In this document: one piece after another, positions 45,188-57,989 of the stretch | Position numbering within the stretch: the stretch's first letter is position 1 | How the letters are laid out: every line of letters starts with the position of its first letter | Assembly: GCF_963921235.1 (NCBI RefSeq) | Contig: NC_086109.1 | Coordinates: forward strand, 1,054,001-1,118,000 | Direction of reading: 5' to 3' | DNA length: 64,000 nt | From: Mobula hypostoma | Lineage: Eukaryota | Program-made: the position numbers and the translations under genes | Notes under the pieces: model-generated | Told to the model about the DNA's origin: nothing | Databases searched by the model: none | The model's input: only the letters and a program-made list of their open reading frames with translations

Positions 45188-46694
45188 CAGACATCCCGCC
45201 CTGCAAAAACTCATTTCAGGAAGGTAGCACTCCCGCCCCCCGCAACCCATATTGCCCACCCCGTCGACCTCCAAGGGTGTATGTAATACTTTGTTTAGTG
45301 ATTTTGTCTAATCTGTAAACCAAGTTGGGTATATGCAGAAAATGTGACATTAAAATATGTACTTATCATGTTTATTCTATTACAACTTTAAGCAAGTCTA
45401 CAGGGAGTTTGGCCTCATCACATAGGGCATCAATAGCGTAGCTCCTTAGCAGCCAGCCAGCTAGTTTAAATAACGTTAGCTATGCTGTAATGACACCTGT
45501 TAAACTCACCTCAACATCTCTCTTACATTTTAGCCCACCATGGACAATAGAAAAGTCACTGTTGCAAACAGTGCAGCGAGCAACTCTCATTATTTTTGAG
45601 GTCGACTGTAAATCCCGCCCACAGAGAAAACTGATAGGTCTGCTTGGGTCCCCAACCTTTCTTGCACCGCAGACCGGTTTAATATTGACAACATTCTTGC
45701 GGACCCGGCGTGGGGGTGTTAATCACGACCGGGATGTAGGTGATAAGTCAATGGCATCATAACATTTTAAGTAACGTTTGGATATTAAACACACCGCATA
45801 TTTTCCCCGTATGAATATAGAAAATCATTGCAACACGTAAATATCGCTGAATCAGTGGGAGCCCTGGGCTTGTTTTCCTGCAACAAGACGGCCCTATCGA
45901 GGGGTGATGGGAGACAGCGATACTCGAAGGGGGTTCCTTATGTCCAGTCTATTCCGCAATTTAGTTTTCATTGCAGAAAACTCCACTTCGCAGCGATATG
46001 ATATTGGAAATGGAAGCAACGTTTTCAGTGCTTCCGTGGCTATCTCTGGATATTCAGCCTTGACTTTGATCCAGAATGCCGGCAGAGATGTTATGTCAAA
46101 CATACTTTTCAGCCCACTGTCAATTGCAAGCTCGAGGAGTTGATCTTCTCGTGCTGACATGGATGACGCGTGTGTAATGACCTCACGTGCATTCAAGTTC
46201 AACAGTGGGCGTGATAGGGAATGAGGAAAGGTGCAGCTGACTCATAGCGTTTCATATCGTCAAATAGTCTTAGTCATTGTCATACTATATTGATCCTGAG
46301 GGAAATTTGGTTTTGTTACAGTTGCACCAACCAAGAACAGAATATAAATATAGCCATATAAAACCATAAATAAATAATATGTAAATTATGCCAGGAAATA
46401 AGTCCAGGACCAGCCTATTGGCTCAAGGTGCCTGACCCTCCAAGGGAGGAGTTGTAAAGTTTGATGGCCACAGGCGGGAATGACTTCCTATGACGCTTAG
46501 TGAGGAATCATATTGTTTCCTCGCGGCCCGGTGGTTGGGGACCACTGTTAGCACGAAGAGAGACCAATCAGGATGCTTGCTCTCCCTCTCAAAAAAATCT
46601 ATTTTCGGGATACTGTATATAAATTCCGGGCGTCAGGGAGCCACTATTAATATGTGGGAGACTCCTGGAACTTCCGGGAGAGGTGGTATGTCTG
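45188..46694. mobile_element. Non-autonomous DNA transposon (hAT-like) with 6-bp TSD
   Basis: TIRs cagacatcccgcc / ggtggtatgtctg; TSD tgttca (45182-87, 46695-700); removal restores the LINE frame SPVLFNILIND. Confidence 0.8.
45646..46547 (-). mobile_element. hAT-Charlie internally deleted transposon, containing a Rex1 tail fragment (about 46265-46497)
   Basis: TIRs gggtccccaacc / ggttggggaccactg; transposase C-terminus FWIKVKAEYPEIATEALKTLLPFP...RNRLDI...SPITPR*GRLVAGKQAQGSH*. Confidence 0.88.
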
Positions 46695-46789
46695 TGTTCA
46701 ATATTTTGATAAATGATTTTTTTCTAAAGGTGACCCTCACAATTTTAAGTCCTTGTGTGCTGATGAACCAGCGAAAAAGCAAATCAAAA

Positions 46790-49440
46790 GCAACCAAACG
46801 CTATTCCCACTTACCTACGCCATGTCCGTATCTCTCCATCTTTTTTATATCCACATGCCTATCCAAACGTTTCTTAAAAGCCTCTAATGTATTTGCCTCC
46901 ACCACCATATCAGGCAGTGCATTCCAGGCATCCACAACTCTGAGTAAAAAAACGTATCCCTCACATCTTCCTTGAACCTACTTCCTCCAACTTTTAATGC
47001 ATGTCTTCTGGTATTAGATATTTCAGCTCTAGGGAACAGATACACTCTGTCTACTGTATCTATGTCTGTCATAATCTTGTAAACCTCCATCAGGTCTCCC
47101 TTCAGCCTCCTCCACTCCAGAGAAAACAACCCATGTTTATCCAGCATCTCGTAATAGCACGTGCCCCCTAAACCAGGCAACATTCTGATAAATCTCTTTT
47201 GCACCCTCTCCAAAGCCTCAACATCCTACCTATAGTGGGGCAACCAGAATTGTACACAATACACCAGATATGGCCTAACCAGAGTTTTATAAAGTTGCAG
47301 CACAACCTCCTGACTTTTGAACTCAGTGCCTCGACTAATAAAAACAAGCATTCCATCAGCCTTCTTAACCACCTTATTGATCTGTGTAGCCACTTTCAAG
47401 GAGCGATGAACTTGGATCCCAAGATCTCTCTGCTCAGCAGCAGTGTGCTCTCTCCTTGCATTTGCTCTACCAAGATACAACACCTCGCTTTTATCTCCAT
47501 CTCCATCTGCCATTCTCAGCCATATATGCAACTCCTTTATATCGTGCTGTATTTTTTGCTAGTTTTCTACACCATCCACAACTCCATCAATCTTGGTATT
47601 ATCTGCAAATTTACTAACCTACCCATCTATATTTTCATCCAAATCACTTGTATATATCACAAACAGCAGAGGTCCCAGCACAGATCCCTGCAGAAATTCA
47701 CTAATTACAGACCTCCAGTTCAAATGTTCCTTCAACCACTACCCTCTGTCTTCTATGCGCAAGCCAGTTCAGAATTCAAACAGCCAATTTGCCACAGACC
47801 CCATGCATCTTAATCTTCTGAATTAGCCTTCCAGGAGGGATTTGTCAAACACCTTACTAAAGTCCATGCAAACAACATGTACTGCCCTACCCTCATCAAT
47901 CTTACTCATCATATTGTCAAAAAACTCAATCAAGTTGGGAAGGCATGAACTGCCACACATAAAGACCATAAAACATAGGAGCAGAATTAGGCCATTTGGC
48001 CCATTGAGTCTGCTCCAACATTCATGACTGATCCAATTTCCCTCTCAACCTCTGCCTTAAATATACATAAAGACTTGACCTCCACAGCTGCCTGTGGCAA
48101 AGAATTTCACAGATTCACCACTCTCTGGCTAAAGAAATTCCTCCTCATCTCTGTTCTATAAGGAAACCCCTTTATTCTGAGGGTGTGTCCTCTGGTCTTA
48201 GATTATCCCACCATGAGAAACATCATTTCCACATCCATTCTAAAAAAGGCCTTTCACCACGCAATAGGTTTCTATGAGGTCACCCCTGATTCTTCTGAGT
48301 TCCAGCAAATACAGGCCCAGAGCCATCAAACATGCTTCATATGACAAGCCATTCAATCCTGGAATCATTTTCATGAGCATCCTTTAAGCTCCAGTTTCAG
48401 CACATCCCTTCTTGAAGAGTGCAGTAACATTTCCAATTTTCCAGTCTTCTGGAATCATTCCAGAATCTAGTGATTCTTGAAAGATCATTACTGATGCTTC
48501 TACGATCTCTTCAGCCACATCTTTCAGCACTCTGGGGTGTACTCTATCTGGTCCAGGTGACTTATCTACCTTCAGACCTTTCTGTTACCCAACAACTTTT
48601 CCTGCAGCTATGGTAACTTCACACTCCTGATACCTGGAACCTCCACCATACTGCTAGTGTCTTCCACCATGAAGACTGATACAAAATACTTAGTTCTTCT
48701 GCCATTTTGTTTGTCCCCCATTACTATCTCCCCAGCATTGTTTTCCAGCAGTTTGATATCTAGTCTCGCCTCTCTTTTACTCTTTATGTGTCTTAAGAAA
48801 CTTTTGGTATGTTTTTTAGTATTATTGTCTAGCTTGCTTTCATATTCCATCTTTACCTTAATTACTTTTTTATTGTCTTTTCTTGGTTTTTAAAAGCTTC
48901 CCAATCCTCTAACTTCCCACTGATTTTTGCTCTATTATCTGCCCTTTATTTGGTTTTTATGTTGGCTTTGATTTCTGTTGTTAGCCACAGCTGTGTCATT
49001 TTTCCTTTAGAATACTTCTTTATCTTTGGGATGTATATATCCTGTGTCATCCAAATCGCTTCCTGAAAAATCCATGGACTTCTCTCTAATTCTTGCTAAT
49101 TAGGCCATGGGTTTCCAAGTGCTCATATCCCTAAGAATTTTCTCCAGCATATCCCTACATTTGAAAAGAGATATCACCAGTCTACAGTGCTCTGGATTTT
49201 TCCTTGTTCCCCTCTTAAATAGAAGTACAACATTAGCCACTCGCCAGTACTCTGGGCTAGACCTGTGGCTAGAGAGGACATGACGATACTGGCCAAGTGC
49301 CCAGCAACTTTATCTCTTGCCTCCTTTAATAATCTGGAGTAACTCCCATCAGGTCCTGGGGACTTGCTCATTAGGAGGCCCAACACTACTTCCTCCTTGA
49401 CCTCTAAATACCCTGACATATTTATATACTCAGTACTGAT
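46790..49440 (-). mobile_element. Several CR1 fragments
   Basis: ERVQKRFIRMLPGL; QLYKTLVRPYLVYCVQFW; MEYESKLDNNTKK; KSPGPDG. Confidence 0.85.
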
Positions 49441-49923
49441 CTCTTGAAGGTGGGACGAGTAAATTTTAATCCAGGTTCAGAATCAGCAATTGATTTAACT
49501 TTAGTTATGTCACCTTTATCAGGAAAGTGTTCACGGGAGGAGAATAGTGATAGGGCAGGAAAATCTGATGGAATGCTGGCAGTTTGGGGAAAATCTGAAG
49601 AAATAAGTGATCAAGAATTACAGAATATTGGAATCAATCAGGACATGGGTCTTTGATGTGACAGGATTGTAAAAGGGATAATGACAGCAGCAACGATGTC
49701 TACCAAGGAAAGGGAATGGAGCTAAAAGGAAAATGGTGCCATGGTGAGCAAAAGAAAGTGGGGGAGCCAGGAGCCATCGTAATAGATCAACAGGACATAC
49801 AATTTTCAAAAATCAATTGATTATAAAAAGATGCAAGCAATAGTAAGGATAACAATTGGAAAAACGAAACAGGAATATTGGAGTAAATTTTGTGGCTCCT
49901 GAGGAATGCAAACATCCATTGAA

Positions 49924-50050
49924 AGTCCTGCTGAAGGGTCTCGGCCTGAAATGTCGACTGTACCCTTTTCCATAAATGCTGCTTGGCCTGTTGAGTTCCT
50001 CCAGCATTTTGTTCCTTCGATTTCCAGCATCTGCAATTTTTCTCTTGTTT
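49924..50050 (+). mobile_element. Short Penelope pLTR tip with variant hammerhead (CUGCUGA); a truncated copy also at about 50670-50756
   Basis: agtcctgctgaagggtctcggcctgaaatgtcgactg; imperfect TSD atccattgaaag/acccactgaaag. Confidence 0.8.
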
Positions 50051-51877
50051 ACCCACTGAAAGAGTTTGGAAGATGATAAAAAGAACGAATGGTCTCACCA
50101 GGGCAGTTGGATTTGTATCAGCCAGTGTTGTGTGATGGGGAGAGAGCTGCAGCGTCGAATGTAAATGCTAGTGCATACTTTTGTTAAAATACACAGTTCT
50201 GGCAATATGAGTAATGGCGGAAGAAGTGGACAAGACAGGTAACATTATTAGAGAACTTGGAAACAGACAGATGGAAATTTTGAAGGTACATTAAATGTGA
50301 TGATTGAACAGTGTTCTTCGGCAAAGAAAACGTCACCTGGGAAGCATCAGATAGGTTATGTTATGCTTTCTAATTTGAGTGAGAAAGGAAAGGAAGTTAT
50401 TTTAAAGTTATTTAACCATGTTTGGTACAAAGAAACCTTCCTAAAGAAACAATCATAGTTCCAATACGTAAACCAGACAAAAATACTAGCAATTTAGCAA
50501 GTTGTAGACCAATGGCATTTATCTCACATTTATGTAAAACCATGGGGAAAAATAAGAGATTGACATTTGAAACTGAAAGAAGATGGGGGTATTTTTAAAT
50601 ATCAGAGTGGGTTTAGGAGAGGAAAGAGAAACCTTGGATCCAGTTTGATGTCTAGACCATGAGGTGAGGAGTCCTCGGCCCGAAACGTTGACTGTTTACT
50701 CTTTTCCATAGATGCTGCCTGGCCTGCTGAGTTCCTCCAGCATTTAGTGTGTGTTGATATGATGTGGAAGGAAGGTTTGATCATCAAACTAAATACTTTG
50801 GGAATTAGAGGTTGAATGCTAAAGTAGTTTTTTTAATTCTTAGAAATATCATACTGCAAGTTGGGAAATCTATGTCAAGTAAACAAATTGTGGGAAATGG
50901 AACCCCTCAGGGAGGTGTTGTTAGTCCACAATTATTTGCTACAATGATAAATGATATTTTCTAATATAAATAGAAGTATCAGAGTATCATTGTTTGCGGA
51001 GCTACGTCGGAAAGGAGTAGGAATGTGGAATTTATAATACAGAAACCGAGGCAGTAGTTAAAGTGGAAGATTGGACATTAAAATGGGGATTCTAATTTTC
51101 AGCAGAGAAATCCAAAATAATGGTTTTCATTGGGGAGAGGATAGAACAACACTTCAACTAAAACTTGATGGAATAGAATTAGAAAGTATGGATACCCTTA
51201 AGTTTTTAGGAATTTGTTTAGATAAAAGACTCGCATGTTAAACACATATTAAGGAAATAATAACCCAAAGTAAGAAAGTGCCAAATGTTCTGAAGTGTTT
51301 AATAGGAAAGGAAGGGGGAGCTGATGGGAAATTCCTGAAAGCAATAAAAGTAATGAGATCAATACTGAACTTTGGAACTATGGATCAGTACCACACAGTA
51401 TGTTCGGGAAACTGGATATAACTCAAACTTATGCATCAAAGGTAATCATTCGAGCAATAAGGACAAGACCAGTGGCAACAATGCCAGTAGACTTGGGAGA
51501 GACAGCTCTGGAACTGAGAAGAACGCAGCTTGCATTAATTAATTGGGTAAACCTTCAAGGGCCTGGAGAAAATCACCTGACTAAACAGCTTTTAGATCCG
51601 TGCTGGGAACAGGAAAGAAAGGAAATCAGAAGTTTTGCATGGACCATTGAAGGAAAAGCAGGAGGGACAGGATTTAGTCATAAGGCAGTGAGTACCACAG
51701 TGCCTTTGCCTGGTTTTAACATGGAAAAGCAGGTGAGGATGCATGAGGACTTTTCAGTGTATATGGGTGGAGGTAGTGACAGCTATGAGAGTTGTAATAT
51801 TGTCTCATTCAAGCACGACAATCAGGAGTCTAAAACATATTCAGAGACAAGATCAGACAGTGTATAACCGTATAATA

Positions 51878-52728
51878 ATTACAGCACGGAAACAGGCCAT
51901 CTCGACCCTTCTAGTCCATCGGAACTCTTACCCTATCCAATTCCCGACGACCTGCACTCAGCCCATAACCCTCCATTCCTTTCCTGTCCATATATCTATC
52001 CAATTTAACTTTAAATGACAACATCAAACCTGCCTCAACCACTTCTGCTGGAAGCTCGTTCCACACAGCTACCACTCTCTGAGTAAAGAAGTTTCCTCTC
52101 ATGTTACCCCTAGATGTTTGTCCTCTAATTCTCAACCCATGCCCTCTTGTTTGAATCTACCCTGCTCTCAATGGAAAAAGTCTAACCCCGTCAACTCTAT
52201 CAATCCCCCTCATAATTTTAAACACCTCTATCAAGTCTCCCCTCAACCTTCTATGCTCCAAAGAATAAAGACCTAACTTGTTCAACCTTTCTCTGTAACT
52301 TAGGAGATGAAACCCAGGCAACATTTTAGTAAACCTCCTCTGTACTCTCTCAATTTTATTGACATCCTTCCTATAATTCGGTGACCAGAACTGTACACAA
52401 TACTCCAGATTTGGCGTTATACAAATTCAACATTACATCCCAACTCCTATACTCAATGCTCTGATTAATAAAGGCCAGCAAACCAAAAGCTTTCTTCACC
52501 ACCCTATCCACATGAGATTCCATCTTCAGGGAACTATGCACCATTATTCCTAGATCCCTCTGTTCTAAAGCATTCTTTAATGCCCTACCATTTACCATGT
52601 ATGTCCTATTTTGATTAGTCCTACCAAAATGTAGCACCTCACATTTTTCAGCATTAAACTCCGTCTGCCATCTTTCAGCCCACTCTTCTAACTGTCCTAA
52701 ATCTCTCTGCAAGTTTTGAAAACCTACC
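51878..52728 (-). mobile_element. CR1 3' fragment nested in the Nimb LINE
   Basis: LQRDLGQLEEWAERWQTEFNAEKCEV; NFFTQRVVAVWNELP. Confidence 0.9.
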
Positions 52729-55700
52729 TCAAGTATGTGTGAGATAATACAAATCTTATTTAGACTTAGAATGACGGGACTCTGTAAATGTTTTATGTGG
52801 ATTCCAGCTCGTGTTTGTATTAGAGGGAATGAGCAAGCAGTTAAGTTTGTAAAGGAGGCAACTGAGCAGATGTGGACATTCAAGTAAAATTATAGTAAAG
52901 GAGAAATGAAAAACATTATTAAAAGTAAAATCAAAAAATGTGGAGAACACAATGTGATGAAGGCAGAACAGGAAGACAGCTTTTTAATATCCAGAAAGAA
53001 GTGGGATGGTGGAGGACTGCAGGAAAGGAGGGAGGAGGTGATAATATCGAGATTGAGGTTTGGGCACACAGGGTTAGACAGTGCATTGTTGTTAATGAAG
53101 AAACACAATAGTGGGAGGTGAGGGTATTGAAATCAGCAAGAAATGATTGAGCGTATACTGGTGAGATGTCCAAGATGTAATCAAGAGAGGGGGTGGTTGA
53201 TTTTAAAGTTATCATAGAATAAAGCACAATTTAACATTAACAGTATTTTGCAGGAAGGATCACAGGATTATTGTTTTAAATATATCGTGCAGTTCCTTAA
53301 AATACAGGTCTTTTTTATAGAATTTAGTACAAATATAAATATTTAGGATTTAGATATCCTGCCCCACACTCCAGTTCAGTAGATGGCAGTAATGCACCTT
53401 TTTAGTTGGTCTGCCAACCACCAATAAAAAGCAGTTGAAGGTCATTCAGAGATTCTTGTCTCGCCGTAAGGTTGGGATTGCTGGGGAAGGTAGAGAGCCT
53501 CCTGGAAGGGGAACAGCCTCAGTGGAGGGATCCTAGTGTGGGACAGCAGATCAGGGCAATTCCTCCTGCAGTGTGGTGCTCCCTCACTGCCCCTCCCGCA
53601 GTGTAGTATCTGCCATGAGGCACAAATCCTGGTACCTCCCCCACTCGAGGCTGCTACCATTATCCCACTTAAGCTGCTCTTTACCACAAGACCCCTCCCT
53701 TTCCTACCTGAGCACCCACCTCCAGTCTGAGACCCTCTGCTAACCCTACATTTAGCCAGTTGTGTTTTCAATTAGTCACCTCTCCATGGATCCCGTGCAG
53801 TGTAACCTAAACAGCATATCATATCGACCTTACTGGAGCCCCTCTGAACCTGCTATTTACTATCCTGGCCTCATAGACAAATCATCAGTAAAACTCAGTG
53901 AACTTCAAAAGACATGATGTTCCTCAGACAAACTAGGCTGATTACCCCTAATCAACCTGTCTTTCAGAGGTATGTGTATCTTGTCCCTCAGAATCTCCCC
54001 CAGTATCTTACCCTTACTGGTCTATAGTTCCCAGCTTTTGCATTGCCGACATTGGTAAATAAAGCACAGCGTTTTCTATCCTCTAGTCTACTGGATCTTC
54101 ACCCATGGCAAATGATGTGTATAATATCAGACATGGCTCTTGCAGTTTTCATTCCAGCTTGCCACAATGGTCTTGGATATAACTGGTCAGGCCCTGGGTA
54201 TTTCTGTAGGTTAGTAACTTTAAAGTAATCTATTATCATGTCTGTTATAATGTGGACTGTCCTCAGTGCATTGCCATTTAATTTTTCTAGTTGCAAAGTC
54301 TTCATGCCTTTCTCTACAGTAAAAGCAAAGGAGAAATAGTCATTAAAGACCTTCTGCTCTCAGGATGAGGCTTTTCATTCTAGAATGAAGGAGATGTTCT
54401 CCAATGAGAGGGGCTTTCCTTCCTCCACTATCAACGCTGCCCTCTTCCAATTTGTGCATGTCTGCTCTCACCCCATCCTCCCTCCACCCTACCAGGAATA
54501 GGGTTCCTCTTGTCCTCACCTATGACCCCACCTGCCTCTGCATCCAGCACATAATTCAGAATCAGGTTTATAATCATCGTCATGTGACGTGAAATTTGTT
54601 AACTTAGCAGCAGCAGTACAATGCAATACATAATCTAGCAGTGAAAAAAAATAAATAAACAAGTAAATCAATTAAGTACTTTGAATAGATATTAAAAAGT
54701 GCAAAAACAGAAATACTACATATTTAAAAAAAATTGAAGTAGTGTGCAAGGATTCAAAGTCCATTTAGGAATCGGATGGCAGAGGGGAAGAAGCTGTTCC
54801 TGAATCGCTGAGTGTGTGCCTTCAGACTTCTGTACCTCCTACCTGATGGTAACAGTGAGAAAAGGGCATGCCCTGGGTGCTGGAGGTCCTTAATAATGGA
54901 CACTACCGTTCTGAGACACCGCTCCCTGAAGATGTCTTGGGTACTTTGTAGGCTAGTGCCCAAGATGGACCTAACGAGATTTATAACCTTCTGTAGCTTA
55001 TTTCTGTCCTGTGCAATAGCCCCTCCATTCCAAACAGTGATGTAGCCTGTCAGAATGCTGTCCATGGTATAACTATAGAAGTTTTTGAGTGTATTTGTTG
55101 ACATGCCAAATCTCTTCAAACTCCTAATAAGGTATAGCCGCTGTCTTGCCTTCTTTATGACTGCATCAATATGTTGGGACCAGGTTAGATCCTCAGAGAT
55201 CTTGACACCCAGGAACTTGAAGCTGCTCACTCTCTCCACTTCTGGTCCCTCTAAGGATAGGTATGTGTTCCTTCGTCTTACCCTTCCTGAGATCCACAAT
55301 CAGCTCTTTTGTCTTATTGATGTTAGTGCCAGGTTGTTGCTGTGGCACCACTCCACTAGTTGGCGTATCTCACTCCTGTACGCCCTCTCGTTACCACCTG
55401 AGATTCTACCAACAATGGTTGTATCATCAGCAAATTTATAGATGGTATTTGAGCTATGCCTAGCCGCATAGTCATGTGTATATAGAGAGTAGAGCAGTGG
55501 GCTAAGCACACACCCCTGAGATGCACCAGTGTTGGTTGCCAGCGAGGAGGATATGTTATCACCAATCGGTACAGATTGTGGTCTTCCGATGAGGAAGTCG
55601 AGGATCCAGTTGCAGAAGGAGGTACAGAGGCCCAGGTTCTGCAAGTTCTCGATCAGGATTGTGGGAATGATGGTATTAAATGCTAAGCTATTGTCCATGA

Positions 55701-56421
55701 ATAGCATCCTGAAATAGGTGTTTGTGTTGTCCAGGTGGTCTAAAGCCGTGTAGAGAGCCTCTGAGATTGCGTCTACCGTTGTCCTATTGTGGCGATAGGC
55801 AAATTACAATCGGTCCAGGTCCTTGCTGAGGCAGGAGTTCAGTCCAGTCATGACCAACCTCTCAAAGCACTTCATCACTGTAGATGTGAGTGCTACTGGG
55901 CGATAGTCATTAGGGCAGCCCACATTATTCTCCCTTGGCACTGGTATAATTGTTGCCTTTTTGAAACAAGTGGGAACTTCCGCCCGTAGCAGTGAGAGGT
56001 TGAAAATGTCCTTGAATACTCCCGCAAGTTGGTTGGCACAGGTTTTCAGAGCCTTACCAGGTACTCCATCGGGACCTTGCGCCTTGCAAGGGATCACTCT
56101 CTTTAAAGACAGCCTAACATCACCCTCTGAGACGGAGATCACAGGGTCATCAGGTGCAGCAGGGATCTTCACAGCTGTAGTTTTGTTCTCCTTTTCAAAG
56201 CGTGCATAGAAGGCATTGAGTTCATCTGGTAGTGAAACATCGCTGCCCGTCATGCTATTGGGTTTCGCTTTGTGGGAAGTAATGTCTTGCAGACCCTGCC
56301 AGAGTTGCTGTGCATCCGATGTCGCCTCCAACCTCGTTCGAAATTGTCTCTTCGCCCTTGAAGTAACCCTACACAAATCATACCTAGTTTTCTGGTACAG
56401 GCCTGGGTTGCCAGACTTGAA

Positions 56422-57045
56422 TTAGATTAGATTAGATTATGAGGACACACAGTCCTCTTTTATTGTCATTTAGTAATGCATGCATTAAGAAATGATACAA
56501 TATTCCTCCAGTGTGATATCACAAAAACACAGGACAGACCAAGACTGGAAAAAAACTAACAAAACCACATATTTATAACATATAGTTACAACAGTGCAAC
56601 AATACCATAACTTGATGAAGAACAGTCCATGGCACAGTAAAAAAGTTCAAAGTTTCTCGAAAGTTCCACATCTCATGCAGACGGGAGAAGGAAGAAAACT
56701 CTCCCTGCCATGCCCCACCACAGTCCGACTCTGAGTCGTCCGAAAACTTCAAGCTCTGATCAGCCCTCCGATACCGAGTACCGAGCACCATCTCTATCCA
56801 AACGTTTCGACCTCAGCAGCAGGCAAAGCCGGGGACTTTGAGGCCTACCCTCCAGAGATTCTCGATCGCACAGTAACAACAGCAGCGAACCAGACTTTTC
56901 AGAAATTTCATCAAATGTTCCTCTGCTTCTTACGTCTGTCTTCATCAAATCAAAATTGTCCACGGCCCCTATTTAACAGATACAATATCATTTCACTGGA
57001 GAGCTGCGGCGCTGTGTCGCGCTGCCATCTTCTCCTCCCGCCACA
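56422..57045 (-). mobile_element. ~620-bp non-coding non-autonomous retroelement with (TAATC)n tail
   Basis: Homologous to 60190-60822; begins ggaggagaagatggcagcg; AATAAA before the tail. Confidence 0.8.
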
Positions 57046-57179
57046 GATCCAGCCTTCAGCAGACAACATACCTCCTGGTTCATCCAAAGCTTTTGGTTTG
57101 GGAATGTACAGTAAGTCTTTGTAGGCACACACGCATCCACACAGGTTTTAATGAAGTCAGTAACAACTGCAGCATACTC

Positions 57180-57361
57180 CCCCTCCCCCTCCAGCTTTCA
57201 AATCCCTTACTCACTCTTCCTTCAGTTAGTCCTGACGAAGGGTCTCGGCCTGAAACGTCGACTGCGCCTCTTCCTATAGATGCTGCCTGGCCTGCTGCGT
57301 TCACCAGCAACTTTGATGTGTGTTGCTTGAATTTCCAGCATCTGCAGAATTCCTGTGGTGG
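57180..57361 (+). mobile_element. Penelope pLTR insert with intact hammerhead (57227-57264)
   Basis: 12-bp TSD tgcagcatactc (57168-79, 57362-73); tagtcctgacgaagggtctcggcctgaaacgtcgactg. Confidence 0.92.
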
Positions 57362-57989
57362 TGCAGCATACTCATCCAGGTTCGAAGATGAATCTCTGAA
57401 TATGGTCCAGTCCGTCGATTCAAAGCAGTCCTATAGGCACTCCTGTGCTTCCCTTGTCCATACCTTCTTGGTCCTTACTGCTGGTGCTGCAGTCTTCAGC
57501 TTCTGCCTGTACTCAGGGAGTAGAAGTACAGCTACGTGATCAGATTCCGGAAGTGAGGGTGTGGAATAGCATAGTAGGCATTCTTGATGGTGGTGTAGCA
57601 ATGGTCAAGTGTATTGTTTCCTCTAGTATTGCAAGTGATCTGTTGATGGCATTTGCTTAGTGATTTCTTTTCAGACTGGCCTGGTTAAAATCTCTCAAAA
57701 TGATGGTGAAGGTATTAGGGTGTGCTGTTTCGTGCATGTTGATCCCATTGCTCAGATCATCTAAAGCCTGCTTGACATTGGCCTGAGGTGGAATGTAAAC
57801 CGCTGCCAGAATGATGCCAGAGAACTCCTGTGGTAGGTAAAAAGGATGACACTTTACTGCTAGATATTCCAGATCTGGAGAGCAGAATTGGGACGGCACT
57901 GATATATTTGTGCACCAAGAAGAGTTGATCATGAGGCAAACTCCTCCACCTCTGCTTTTGAGAGACTGTATAGATCTATCCTGATGGTG

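Larger units (their letters stand above)
44712..53432 (+). mobile_element. Nimb/I-clade LINE fragments (RT, RNase H end, 3' UTR), heavily interrupted; at least two copies
   Basis: NKEVVVAVLFDIE...LWKDGLLIKL; GSVCSPVLFNILIND; SAIDLTL; LELRRTQLALINW; RREEVIISRLRFGHTGL; 3' end cacactccagttcagtagatggcagtaatgcacc...aataaaaa. Confidence 0.75.
54555..57985 (-). mobile_element. Rex1/Babar LINE (EN, RT, 3' end), interrupted at 56422-57045 and 57180-57361
   Basis: [79 protein letters not shown]. Confidence 0.92.
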
